The notes under the pieces were generated by a model, which saw nothing but the letters and a program-made list of their open reading frames with translations, was not told the origin of the DNA and made no database searches. DNA of 64,000 nucleotides, from the IMG/VR virus record IMGVR_UViG_3300031998_000004, one strand, 5' to 3'. This stretch comes from a virus (Duplodnaviria > Caudoviricetes). Each line of letters begins with the position of its first letter. Position 1 is the stretch's first letter. The translations under genes and the position numbers were made by a program. Below, in pieces: positions 30,725 through 40,315 of the stretch.

Positions 30725-31125
30725 AAGACCGGTTTTTGATGAATATCAAAATTCATATGAAGGAATATTTTTGCTTTGTCGTGTACATATATAGTAGGGT
30801 CATCGCCGTAGTAAAGAGTGACTTCTATATAGTATTTAGATTCTCCCGGATGTCGATCATAACGAGTGTGAAATGTTAAATGAACCCATGGCTGATAAAT
30901 TTTATGCGCCTTGAACATGTCTTTGATCTTCTGCGATTCCCCTAACTCAGCGATACTATTTATATGTCCGTTAACCATAGCGTTAAATTCAGTTGCAGTC
31001 CATGATAGATTATAACTTGATTTTTCGTAGACGCAATAAAAATTTTCTTCGAGATAGGATTTTATAAAATCATAAAATTTCTCTAGCGGAGTTTTGTCTG
31101 TTATGTGTTCACTAAATACACTCAT
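30721..31125 (-). CDS. MSVF-tag hypothetical protein
   Basis: MSVFSEHITD..PLEKF. Confidence 0.8.
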   Translation of the reverse strand: MSVFSEHITDKTPLEKFYDFIKSYLEENFYCVYEKSSYNLSWTATEFNAMVNGHINSIAELGESQKIKDMFKAHKIYQPWVHLTFHTRYDRHPGESKYYIEVTLYYGDDPTIYVHDKAKIFLHMNFDIHQKPVL

Positions 31126-31490
31126 TTTATTATTCCATTTATACCAACATTAAACTCACAAAGATACTCTTGGTGTACATGCATGTCACCAGATGGTTTA
31201 GCATAATAAAAATATACAGTATATAGGGTTTTATGATTATGGCTGGTTTGAAATACTTCAAAACGATATATTTTTTCATCGTTATTTTTTGGATCACTGC
31301 TATAATCGTAGCTATAATCATAAAACAACAATCTTTTACATACTAATTCCTGCCTGATATAGTAATACATCAATTGTTCATCAGCATTGTAGCGTATCAT
31401 CTCTCTTGGAATGACTCTCCCTACAATCTCTTTACATTGATCGTAGAGTTCGTCAAGTGGGTGTTTGATATTATCACAAAACAGACTCAT
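31122..31490 (-). CDS. MSLF-tag hypothetical protein; paralog of 31474
   Basis: MSLFCDNI..PLDELYDQCK; ends VGINGII. Confidence 0.8.
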   Translation of the reverse strand: MSLFCDNIKHPLDELYDQCKEIVGRVIPREMIRYNADEQLMYYYIRQELVCKRLLFYDYSYDYSSDPKNNDEKIYRFEVFQTSHNHKTLYTVYFYYAKPSGDMHVHQEYLCEFNVGINGIIK

Positions 31491-31854
31491 CGATTATTCC
31501 ATTTATACCAACAGTAAATTGAGCAAGAGGTTTTCCTTGTTGCCCCCACAGATCATTAATAATTTCATCCAAAAAATAGAATCTTACTACATATGTGGGT
31601 ATTCCCCGAATATACGCTCCAGTCTTTACATCTACCTCACTGATTTTATTAATATCTGATGAATTTCTTTCGGGCCACCACCTATTTGCTAGCAACCCTA
31701 TACAGTTTAATTCGAACATTATATCTCGTTGCATTGTCTCACATCTACCATTATAATGCATCATATTACCGGGAATAATTGTTCGACATATATCTTTACA
31801 CGCGTCGTAGAGGTGGTCAATAGGAAGCTGAATATCTTTATCAAATATGCTCAT
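31474..31854 (-). CDS. MSIF-tag hypothetical protein
   Basis: MSIFDKDI..PIDHLYDACK; ends VGINGII (start re-assigned). Confidence 0.8.
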   Translation of the reverse strand: MSIFDKDIQLPIDHLYDACKDICRTIIPGNMMHYNGRCETMQRDIMFELNCIGLLANRWWPERNSSDINKISEVDVKTGAYIRGIPTYVVRFYFLDEIINDLWGQQGKPLAQFTVGINGIIDESVL

Positions 31855-31862
31855 GTATTTAA

Positions 31863-32075
31863 TTAACAATTAATACCGAAATATTTAAAGTATTGTTTCA
31901 CCACTTTCTCATCTATATGACTATATCGATCATATTGCTCCTTTTCCTTAAAATTACCAACCACTTTCTCCGGAGCACCAAGTAGGTATTTCATTATCCA
32001 ATACTCTGGATAGTCGCGACATAGTTGTGCTTCTGAACAAGCACTCTCAACTGCTTTTTTATCGAATATGCTCAT
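31863..32075 (-). CDS. MSIF-tag small protein
   Basis: MSIFDKK (start re-assigned). Confidence 0.7.
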   Translation of the reverse strand: MSIFDKKAVESACSEAQLCRDYPEYWIMKYLLGAPEKVVGNFKEKEQYDRYSHIDEKVVKQYFKYFGINC

Positions 32076-32463
32076 AAATACCCTCTCCAAATATATCTAT
32101 TTTTAGATCTTTGACTTCTACTTCCAGATCGTCATCATCCATTAATATTTTTTCATCAATAGCAAGCTTAATATTTACACGAAATTTATTGCCCCCTATC
32201 TTCTTCCTCACATCCGTCCTCGTACTGAGGACTCCCATCTCAACTAGTTCTCTATGATAAGTATTTACCCATAGATTAGCTAGGTCTTTATAAATGAGAT
32301 CTGTTATATGATAATCATCTGTAAATATTTTCCAATGATCGGATGTATCCCTGTACTGAAGACTGTACTCTGCAAACTGCTCAAGAATTCGATCTCTGAA
32401 CCAACAACGGATCTTCTCGGTCCGAGAAAGATCATTTGTTATATTATCGTTAAATATGCTCAT
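32059..32463 (-). CDS. MSIF-tag hypothetical protein; paralog of 32872
   Basis: MSIFNDNITND; GV.STRT..GNKF. Confidence 0.8.
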   Translation of the reverse strand: MSIFNDNITNDLSRTEKIRCWFRDRILEQFAEYSLQYRDTSDHWKIFTDDYHITDLIYKDLANLWVNTYHRELVEMGVLSTRTDVRKKIGGNKFRVNIKLAIDEKILMDDDDLEVEVKDLKIDIFGEGIYEHIR

Positions 32464-32479
32464 GTATTTAATTATCCTA

Positions 32480-32875
32480 TTATTTTACACTAAATCCTTC
32501 AGCATAACTATTTGTACCATAAGCAAACGAATAAAATCCCTCGGTGTGATCAAAAGTATTTGATTCTTCGAAGATTACTTCTTTTATATTTCCTTTCATA
32601 TAAGTATCCTCGGGCCATAAGATATATTTGGGTCGCATCTTTTTACCGACACGATCATAATATCGTTGTATTCCCAACTGCAGAAAACAGTTAATTACAG
32701 AGGTTCTGCTAGGCGGATACTTGTTAATGAGTCCTTTATATAATGTTCCCGCGGAATCCCATATGGAATTTTGAGTATTATAGTTCGGGTTCCACTCACG
32801 AAAGATATCACAAGCATATTGCAAAATGATTTCCGTGGTTGTTTTTGATGTTATATTATTACTAAAAATGCTCAT
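32480..32875 (-). CDS. MSIF-tag hypothetical protein; paralog of 33240
   Basis: MSIFSNNITS (start re-assigned). Confidence 0.8.
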   Translation of the reverse strand: MSIFSNNITSKTTTEIILQYACDIFREWNPNYNTQNSIWDSAGTLYKGLINKYPPSRTSVINCFLQLGIQRYYDRVGKKMRPKYILWPEDTYMKGNIKEVIFEESNTFDHTEGFYSFAYGTNSYAEGFSVK

Positions 32876-33243
32876 AATATCATCCAATTTGATTCAACAA
32901 TATCTACTTCTTTATCACTCCAAAACCCATGTTCTCTACAAGATGGATCTAGCGAGAATCTTATTATAACCTTAAACTTATTTCCGCGTTGTTTAATTTC
33001 AGTTCGCGTGCTATACACCCCTAAATGCTCCAACTGAGTCTTGTATTGTTTCACCCAAAGAAAAACGAGATGGTGATATATATATAATTTTTTAGTGGAA
33101 ATACTTTGACAAAATTCACGCTCCCCTTTTTCGTGATATACTTGTTGACATAAATCCCACTGTTCCTTTATCTTACACAAGAACCACTTTTTAATCCTTT
33201 CGTTAGGGAGTTCATTTGTTATATTATCGTCAAACACACTCAT
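32872..33243 (-). CDS. MSVF-tag hypothetical protein
   Basis: MSVFDDNITNE. Confidence 0.8.
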   Translation of the reverse strand: MSVFDDNITNELPNERIKKWFLCKIKEQWDLCQQVYHEKGEREFCQSISTKKLYIYHHLVFLWVKQYKTQLEHLGVYSTRTEIKQRGNKFKVIIRFSLDPSCREHGFWSDKEVDIVESNWMIL

Positions 33244-33572
33244 ACTTCAGTTACTACTATAGCTTTAGTGAGACCTGATAAATGTCCATTACCTCGAGGC
33301 CATCGTTCAACATGGAAAGTATAATGTTTACCAGTAATTGTAGTCAACCTCATCATTCCTTTTGTGATGTAGTAAGACCACCCGTACAAATCTCCATTAC
33401 CATTAAAGTTATAACGGATCAGTAAATTATAAAGATCACGACCACAAGAGATTGTGTTGTTGAAGGTATCCGTAAAACTGAGAGGACGACCGCTGGTATA
33501 TTCATCCCAAGCGAAGTCAAAAACCCGTTCGGTGATGATCTGAGACGTGATATTATCGCTAAATATACTCAT
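33240..33572 (-). CDS. MSIF-tag hypothetical protein
   Basis: MSIFSDNITS (start re-assigned). Confidence 0.8.
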   Translation of the reverse strand: MSIFSDNITSQIITERVFDFAWDEYTSGRPLSFTDTFNNTISCGRDLYNLLIRYNFNGNGDLYGWSYYITKGMMRLTTITGKHYTFHVERWPRGNGHLSGLTKAIVVTEV

Positions 33573-33630
33573 GTATATAAATGAATTAAAATTCATTAAT
33601 TCAAACTCTGTATAAATTTAATTACCAAAT

Positions 33631-34008
33631 CTACAACCAATCTTTATTGAATATAAATGTCCTTGTCTTAATTCCAGTAATTTCATCTTGTTGAGGATGA
33701 TATTCGAGAGTTATAAGAATATATTCACCATCATCTTTGAATGTAAGGGAATTCTTAAATATAATCTCATAAGGAGCAAAGCAATCTGGGAACCACCAGA
33801 GTGGACAGGCATTGTTTAGTGCTTCAAAGAATATATCCCATTGAACAGTGAAGAACTCTTGCAGATCAAGATATGGATTGATATCAAGATTGGTCAAGTA
33901 TAGATCACAGAAGAAATTAAAAGAATAGTCGAGGAGCATTCCGGTACGATCATTGTCATCTACCTCGACTTCTTTCTTGATTACTCCTTCTGTGTCAAAT
34001 ATACTCAT
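33631..34008 (-). CDS. MSIF-tag hypothetical protein
   Basis: MSIFDTEGVI. Confidence 0.8.
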   Translation of the reverse strand: MSIFDTEGVIKKEVEVDDNDRTGMLLDYSFNFFCDLYLTNLDINPYLDLQEFFTVQWDIFFEALNNACPLWWFPDCFAPYEIIFKNSLTFKDDGEYILITLEYHPQQDEITGIKTRTFIFNKDWL

Positions 34009-35102
34009 TAAATCTCCTCAAATATACTTTCGATATCTGTGTCTTCCTGTGTCTTGGCAAGAAGTCTATAGTTGTTTCTCAACATCCCTACATCGACCTG
34101 TTTGTATTCGGTTTCATTCATAGACTGAATAACCGGTGCTGGAATAGTCTCTTCATTCAACCAAACGAGCTTGATGTTGTAGTCAAGCATCTCAATGATG
34201 TCTTTCTTTTTGAACTTGTAAGGAGAGAACTTCTTGGAATGCATAATCCAATCAGCAATATCCTCGCGACATTCTTTTAAGTCCCCTACTGTTGTCATAG
34301 GGAGATCGTGTTCTTGATACTTCTTCAAATCACCTTCGGAGAACCGATAAGTCCTCCCTCCTTTCTCAAAGCGAACCACCGCCTTAATATTATCTCCACT
34401 ATCCCCACAAAGCACTTTCTCTATGACCACGTCATCTGGATTGACATATATTACTTTTCCTGTTGATCCCGCCTTTAGTGAATCAATCAATTGTGTATCA
34501 TAGGCAAGCGGAGTCATAAAGAAATCCATTGGATCTTCTTCTTTATCTCCACTCTTATAACACTCTGGGAGACACAGTTGGCTCGTGCGATCACTATACC
34601 AAGCGGTGAAGGTTCCGTCCGCGGTCTTCTGAACAAGCTGTTGAAGGTCACGGTCAATACTCCATATGAGAACGTTAGTGCCTTCTGCATTAAGCCTCCT
34701 TGACCAGTACCACACCCAGTCATCGCCCTCAGCAGAGAGGGTCTGAGAGACAGTCACACCAACCCCACGAGCGTTGGTCATCAAATCATTAAGAGCATTA
34801 AAGACGTGTTCCCAATCAACCTCTACTTGCTGCTCGCGATTACCCTTATACTTTGTTCCTTTGAGTTGAGTAGGAATAGGAAGTTGTTTACGCCAGCTAC
34901 CCCCGTCACCAACAAGAACAACATTATCCACAGCAGGGAACCTGTTGAGCATGATATTAATACTACGAGCTAACATATCTGTAAGATTCTGTTGAGCCTT
35001 CTGTAGAGCCACTTCCGGGACTCCTTTCTCGAAACCACCGACAACACTAAATCTTGACATCAAGACATAGTTCATGTCGCAAACCAATGTAAGATTATTC
35101 AT
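34008..35102 (-). CDS. rnh: T4-type RNase H / 5'-3' exonuclease (FEN family)
   Basis: VCDMN, DGGSWRK..YKGNR, EGDD, SIDRDLQQL, LCGDSGDNI. Confidence 0.88.
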   Translation of the reverse strand: MNNLTLVCDMNYVLMSRFSVVGGFEKGVPEVALQKAQQNLTDMLARSINIMLNRFPAVDNVVLVGDGGSWRKQLPIPTQLKGTKYKGNREQQVEVDWEHVFNALNDLMTNARGVGVTVSQTLSAEGDDWVWYWSRRLNAEGTNVLIWSIDRDLQQLVQKTADGTFTAWYSDRTSQLCLPECYKSGDKEEDPMDFFMTPLAYDTQLIDSLKAGSTGKVIYVNPDDVVIEKVLCGDSGDNIKAVVRFEKGGRTYRFSEGDLKKYQEHDLPMTTVGDLKECREDIADWIMHSKKFSPYKFKKKDIIEMLDYNIKLVWLNEETIPAPVIQSMNETEYKQVDVGMLRNNYRLLAKTQEDTDIESIFEEI

Positions 35103-35136
35103 GAATTAATATATTAAAGGAGTTATTATTTGTTTA

Positions 35137-35349
35137 ATGAATATCCAACCTAAATCTAGATCGGATTGTAATAAACACGTAGTTAAACGTGAACATTACA
35201 GTAGAAAGAACGGAATTTGGAAACCAAAGAAACCTTTTGAAACTGAACAAGATGCGGTAAGCTGGATAAATAAATATAAAATGAGTGGCTATTCGGCATA
35301 CATCTGTAAGGTGTGTGGCAAGTGGCATATTGGCAAAAAGAAAGTATGA
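35137..35349 (+). CDS. Small zinc-finger protein
   Basis: AYICKVCGKWHIG. Confidence 0.7.
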   Translation: MNIQPKSRSDCNKHVVKREHYSRKNGIWKPKKPFETEQDAVSWINKYKMSGYSAYICKVCGKWHIGKKKV

Positions 35350-35672
35350 AACAATTAACCGAAAGTCTATTTGATAAGGATCTTACAATAAAGAATCTCT
35401 CACCCGCAGAGATAGCTAATTTATACAAAGGGTATAAACTTAACAAAACCGATGGTACTAAGGATTGTTTTGGAACACTATTAAAGAAGGGTGATTTGGT
35501 TTTAGTATATCGCAATGCCTCCGGAATGAGTATAGGAGTGTATAATGGATTGTATAAAGAAAATAGGGGGAGACTTTGCGAAATTTTAATTCCTGATAGT
35601 GATTTAACGAGATCTCATGCTTGTTATTGTGATAGTGTATTTAAATTAACTAATATACCAGAAATTAAATAA
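35346..35672 (+). CDS. MKxLxE-SLF family protein
   Basis: MKQLTE-SLFDKDLT (start re-assigned, ATGA overlap). Confidence 0.8.
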   Translation: MKQLTESLFDKDLTIKNLSPAEIANLYKGYKLNKTDGTKDCFGTLLKKGDLVLVYRNASGMSIGVYNGLYKENRGRLCEILIPDSDLTRSHACYCDSVFKLTNIPEIK

Positions 35673-35682
35673 AGAGCAATAT

Positions 35683-36117
35683 ATGAAAACAATAGTAGAA
35701 TACATCAACGAAGGCCTTCGTCTTGACGAAGCAAAGAATGTTAAGAAAGATGACCTTCTCAAAGAGCTTGAACAAATAGCTAAATGGAATAACGAGAATA
35801 ATATTAAGAAGTTAATGATTTCTTATTCTCCCGAAGACTCCAAAGTTTTTGGTAAGTCCCACTGGAAGGCTTGCGAAGAAGCAGTTGCATGGGTAAGTGA
35901 TATCCTTAGAACCTTTGTCGATAATGAAGATGATAAGGTTATTGACTTGAGTGGTCTCAGTGATTGGGTTGCCGACACTATCGATAATGAAAGTTATGAT
36001 AATGAACTTAATGAAATGGATGATGACTCAGAATCATCTCCATGGGATACCGATGCAATAATCAATCTCTTTAATACAGTCTCAACAAAAGTATGTAAAG
36101 AAGTATGGCTGATCTAA
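35683..36117 (+). CDS. Putative internal head protein (CTS-like leader)
   Basis: MKTIVEYINE-GLRLDE-A; acidic. Confidence 0.7.
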   Translation: MKTIVEYINEGLRLDEAKNVKKDDLLKELEQIAKWNNENNIKKLMISYSPEDSKVFGKSHWKACEEAVAWVSDILRTFVDNEDDKVIDLSGLSDWVADTIDNESYDNELNEMDDDSESSPWDTDAIINLFNTVSTKVCKEVWLI

Positions 36118-36611
36118 AAAACAAAATAGACATCAAAGATATAGACCTTGAACAGTTTGATGCTGTATTGGTGCTTGACGGTGAATCTATTAATGAAGCC
36201 GGGCTCGGTGATTTAATGGGTAATAGTGGTTCAGATACTCGTGCAAATTCAGCAATAATAACTCCACAAATAGACCGAGGTGCTTATAGTCAGTATCTCA
36301 ATTATCAAGACCCAAAAATATATGCGAGTTGGTCATTTGGCCGTCAGCTCCAAAATCAACTAAATGGCATGGGTGCTGGGTTTGCTGCAGAAGTCGCAGA
36401 CTTTGGACGTTACGTGAGTGCAAAAGTAACGTATAGTAATCCACCAACTGGTAAGACCGCATCAAAAGTATTTCTTGTTGTGTTTGAACCCGATGGTAAA
36501 AAAGGAAATATCTTTCAGACATCTAATCGTTATCGCACCTTCTCTGGTGTGGGACAAGCCGCTTCTTATATTAAGAGTTGTGTGAGTTCGTTAAGAGATA
36601 AAACTAATTAA
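36105..36611 (+). CDS. Hypothetical virion-associated protein
   Basis: Acidic N-terminus ending ESINE-A (possible protease site). Confidence 0.65.
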   Translation: MADLKNKIDIKDIDLEQFDAVLVLDGESINEAGLGDLMGNSGSDTRANSAIITPQIDRGAYSQYLNYQDPKIYASWSFGRQLQNQLNGMGAGFAAEVADFGRYVSAKVTYSNPPTGKTASKVFLVVFEPDGKKGNIFQTSNRYRTFSGVGQAASYIKSCVSSLRDKTN

Positions 36612-36617
36612 TTGATT

Positions 36618-38045
36618 ATGAAACATTTACCGCAATTTATATTAGAATCACTTTTCCTCGAAGCTAATATGGCAAAGGAAACCCTTATACAAGAAACTCT
36701 TACTTGTATGTTTTTTGATGCCTGGTTTAACATGGACGAACGATTTGATAACATTAACGAGATTGTAGAGTATTATAATGCTAATAAAGATCTTATAGAA
36801 AAAATTGCAAGTGGTGCTGGATTGACCATTAATGATTATGATGCGTTGTTTTTGGACTTAAATACCAAAGGTAAAAGTTCAGCGAAGGCGAAGCAATGGC
36901 AGAATTCATTTATATATCAGTGTGAGTCGTTTGAGAATTGGATAAATTCTCATAAGTCTTTTGATACGGATCTTGTATTTGTTCATCACGACACATCTAT
37001 CGCAGTACATAATGGAAAAATAGAAAATGGTTGGGGAATCGCTGATAGAGTTGATATTGGAACGAAGAAATTTGGATATAAGGACAAAGACATATATCAG
37101 AAAGCAGACATATATGCTATTGTAAATAAGATAGGAAACACTCCTGAAGATGATATCAGTGAAGAAGTATCATACTGGGTAAAGTCAATCAATGGAGAGA
37201 CCTCAGATAAGTTTGTAGGAATATCTCTTAAGAAACTTGGACGTGCTCTCGGACATGTACATACATACGGAATTGATCAATCGGTTATTAACATTGATCC
37301 GAAGTCAATCAATTTCAAATTTGATATATTCAATAATGTAGAATTTGATCCGGCACAAGGAGTACTCAAACCGGGCATAGTAACTACTTCTGTATTCTTT
37401 GATTTCGATGATGGGCAAGAAAAGAAAGAATGTAAGATTGATATTAGAGCTAATAGTAAAGGTCCTAAACATGCTATGATAGACCCTCATGTTAGCTATG
37501 GGGCGGCTGTGACAGTTGAGATGGCTATGAAGGGAGCAAAAGCACTTGCTGGTAAAGCACAGTCACTTATATCCGAGTGGATCGGTGAGAAGATGGAATC
37601 CGCCAAGACTAAAGGTTCTGCAGATTATAAATCCAAATTAAATTACATCAAGTCAATCTTCGCTTCTGAGGGTGTAGACTTTGATGTGACATTAGATGAT
37701 GCAACAACAAAATTCCTTAATTTCCTTTCTGCTAATAACGAGAAGATCATGGATATGTATAAGTCATTTGAGAAGAACGGAAAGAACCTTGAGTCAATAC
37801 AACCTTATCTTGACGAACTAGGAATCAATATGGATGGTTCTATAAAGGATATAATGGATGTACTATATGCTTCTACAAAATGGCATAACGTCTCTTGGAA
37901 AATCCTTTGTGATGTTGAAGCAATTGCAACGTACACAAAACAACATGGAATTAACGAAGCAATAACCCAAATATATAAGACCTGTAAAGGTATATCCGGG
38001 AAGGATTCAAAACCACATCTTCCATATGTTTTGATTGGAGAGTAA
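36618..38045 (+). CDS. CTS-leader protein with PD-(D/E)xK-like nuclease signature
   Basis: MKHLPQFILE-SLF; QE..T, KADIY...VGISLKK. Confidence 0.55.
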   Translation: MKHLPQFILESLFLEANMAKETLIQETLTCMFFDAWFNMDERFDNINEIVEYYNANKDLIEKIASGAGLTINDYDALFLDLNTKGKSSAKAKQWQNSFIYQCESFENWINSHKSFDTDLVFVHHDTSIAVHNGKIENGWGIADRVDIGTKKFGYKDKDIYQKADIYAIVNKIGNTPEDDISEEVSYWVKSINGETSDKFVGISLKKLGRALGHVHTYGIDQSVINIDPKSINFKFDIFNNVEFDPAQGVLKPGIVTTSVFFDFDDGQEKKECKIDIRANSKGPKHAMIDPHVSYGAAVTVEMAMKGAKALAGKAQSLISEWIGEKMESAKTKGSADYKSKLNYIKSIFASEGVDFDVTLDDATTKFLNFLSANNEKIMDMYKSFEKNGKNLESIQPYLDELGINMDGSIKDIMDVLYASTKWHNVSWKILCDVEAIATYTKQHGINEAITQIYKTCKGISGKDSKPHLPYVLIGE

Positions 38046-38046
38046 A

Positions 38047-38072
38047 AAAAAGGAACCTTAGGGTTCCTTTTT
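38047..38072. terminator. Bidirectional intrinsic terminator
   Basis: AAAAAGGAACC-ttag-GGTTCCTTTTT. Confidence 0.8.
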
Positions 38073-39327
38073 ATTTAATATCTACGTGTACTGCTTTATC
38101 TCTTCCGTTATTCTTGATAGTTCCAGAAGGAATGATGTATTCCTTTTTAAGGAGTTCCAGGATATGGCCTGGTGTGGTAAATTCGTCCTTATGGAAGATT
38201 TCGAAATGAACATTGAAGTCTTTTGAGTGTTTGATATCCAGGGGTTGTTTGGAATCAATCTTTAAGTGCGTCCAGCCTTCGAGTCTGGGATAGACAAACC
38301 CATCATGACAGGCGTTGATCCAGTCAACTGACTTTTCAGTAAACTTACCGTCAAAAAAGAAGTCCCTCCAATGTTCCTTCATATCCCTAATAAACAACTC
38401 TCGATCTTCGTTGGATATATATTTTGAATATGTATTCATTTTTACTCCTGCAAACCATCGAATACAATCTTCATCACTGATTTTTCTCAATTTAAAATCA
38501 TTGTATTTATCAATCATTCCATACCCCAACATGTCTTCCCCCACAGCGTTAACATCGGACTGAACCTGACAACTAAGACGACCACCAGCAGCTTTCATTT
38601 CAAGATTGACACCGGACTTTGTACAAAGATCCCCGTGTTTCTCTTTAGACATATCCTTAATCTTCAATCTCATTAGGTACTCACCATTACCTATTGCAGT
38701 TGAGCCGGCCTGTCTAATATTATAGAGCTTATAAAGAAGTTCGGCTGGAATACCTGGAAACATTTTTTGATAACTATCGATGCCTTTGTTATACTGCTGA
38801 ATAAACTCTATGCCAGTCCATCTTCTTTTACAAAATTCATCATAGTAATCCTTACCATAAAGAGACTCCACCTTTACAAACGAATCAATAAATGTAAGGG
38901 CAATATCCTCTGTAAATCCTTCTATAGGGCGAATAATGCCTTTTGGAGACATTCGTGAAATAGGAAAGAAGAAACGATAGTATTTATAAACATTTGGAAT
39001 AACAGTTACATAAAGCCATCGATCCTTAATAAATTCTTTCAAATTCTTTTCGTATAAAGAGACTCTCTCACGAATACGAGTAATTGTATCGTGTTTTAAT
39101 TTACTTTGATTATAAGCAATTTTTGTATTGGTTTTGTGGCGATTTCGGACACGGATCTCTCCGAGGACTGCGTAGAGAGTAGGAAGATCATATGCATATT
39201 TGGGTCTTGACTTACACCATTCGATACGTTTGAGAATGGAGGATTCGGTTTTGTAGCGATTACGAATGATTTCCTTCTTATGGGGTTTCAGTTCGTTAGC
39301 TCTACGTTCTTTTTCTTCTTGCGCCAT
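38071..39327 (-). CDS. Putative PD-(D/E)xK nuclease-like protein
   Basis: IGNGEY...GDL...LEMK..GGRL. Confidence 0.5.
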   Translation of the reverse strand: MAQEEKERRANELKPHKKEIIRNRYKTESSILKRIEWCKSRPKYAYDLPTLYAVLGEIRVRNRHKTNTKIAYNQSKLKHDTITRIRERVSLYEKNLKEFIKDRWLYVTVIPNVYKYYRFFFPISRMSPKGIIRPIEGFTEDIALTFIDSFVKVESLYGKDYYDEFCKRRWTGIEFIQQYNKGIDSYQKMFPGIPAELLYKLYNIRQAGSTAIGNGEYLMRLKIKDMSKEKHGDLCTKSGVNLEMKAAGGRLSCQVQSDVNAVGEDMLGYGMIDKYNDFKLRKISDEDCIRWFAGVKMNTYSKYISNEDRELFIRDMKEHWRDFFFDGKFTEKSVDWINACHDGFVYPRLEGWTHLKIDSKQPLDIKHSKDFNVHFEIFHKDEFTTPGHILELLKKEYIIPSGTIKNNGRDKAVHVDIK

Positions 39328-39330
39328 AAC

Positions 39331-39735
39331 TTAAATCAAATTTTCAAGACAATACTTTATTGCTGCTTCACAAGCTTCTTCATAGGTTTCAAGTTCCACC
39401 GTATCATAAATAGGAACTATAGGTATATCTTTTTTTCCTATGTTAATAACATCAAAATCATACCATATTCTTCTTCCGTCATAGTCTCCAACCATTATTT
39501 CTATAAACAAGTTATGTACCTCCCTCAACCACTTCATTGCTATTTGGAGGGTCACTAAAGGACACTTCTCTTCACAATCAATAGAAGCCTCAATAGCCAT
39601 ATCTTTTGAAGGGAATGTTTCATACTTGTTATAATGTCTGCCACTCTTGCCAAGTAGCATACCATTACTATTCTTAAACCCCTTTTCTTTTAGGAGTTTA
39701 GCAATTTCAAAACTAACGTAGTCTTCTGTAATCAT
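39331..39735 (-). CDS. MITEDYVS-family hypothetical protein
   Basis: MITEDYVSFEIAKLLKEKGF...AMKWLREV...AIKYCLENLI. Confidence 0.8.
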   Translation of the reverse strand: MITEDYVSFEIAKLLKEKGFKNSNGMLLGKSGRHYNKYETFPSKDMAIEASIDCEEKCPLVTLQIAMKWLREVHNLFIEIMVGDYDGRRIWYDFDVINIGKKDIPIVPIYDTVELETYEEACEAAIKYCLENLI

Positions 39736-39916
39736 ATTTATTTTTCCACATCAAGCAAAAAATGAATTAAAACTGTCAACGGCCAGAAAGCAATCAATAC
39801 GCCATCAGAAAGCGACTCCAAAAAATCATCAGTGTCATATAATACGCCAATCTTATCACATATCAGTGTTCCCAATAATGAATAAACTAAAAATATTAAT
39901 ATTATCTGAATCATAT

Positions 39917-40315
39917 CTAAATCAAATTTTCAAGACAATACTTTATCGCAGATTCACAAGCGTCTTCGTAAGAATCTTCTACGTATGTAGAAGCCTTGCA
40001 TCCATAGTTCTTTTGATAAACAGACCACTCAAAAACCTTTCCTGTCATGTCTTCTGTAATTCGTATAAACAAGCCATATACTTCCCTCAACCATTTCATT
40101 GCCATTTGAAGAGTTGGTATATAGAAAAGAAGCTTGTATCTTGGATTAGATTTATTTTTGTCATCATATTGTACTGTTCTATATGTCCTGTCTCCAGAAG
40201 GGTCACCACCCCAGTAAGAAGTAGATTCTGCATACCATACGGTACATGGGCTATCAAACCCCTTTTCTTTTAGGAGTTTGGCTGTTTCAAGACTAACGTA
40301 ATCTTCTGTAATCAT
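39917..40315 (-). CDS. MITEDYVS-family hypothetical protein (paralog)
   Basis: Same N- and C-terminal blocks as 39331, different middle. Confidence 0.8.
   Translation of the reverse strand: MITEDYVSLETAKLLKEKGFDSPCTVWYAESTSYWGGDPSGDRTYRTVQYDDKNKSNPRYKLLFYIPTLQMAMKWLREVYGLFIRITEDMTGKVFEWSVYQKNYGCKASTYVEDSYEDACESAIKYCLENLI

Noticed and set aside
26818-34008. Integron-like cassette array or CRISPR-like DNA repeat
   Set aside because: The repeat is coding and varies synonymously (AGT/AGC, TCT/TCA elsewhere; TTT/TTC). Genes abut with no attC-like spacers, and no integrase or cas gene is in the window, so selection appears to be on the peptide.
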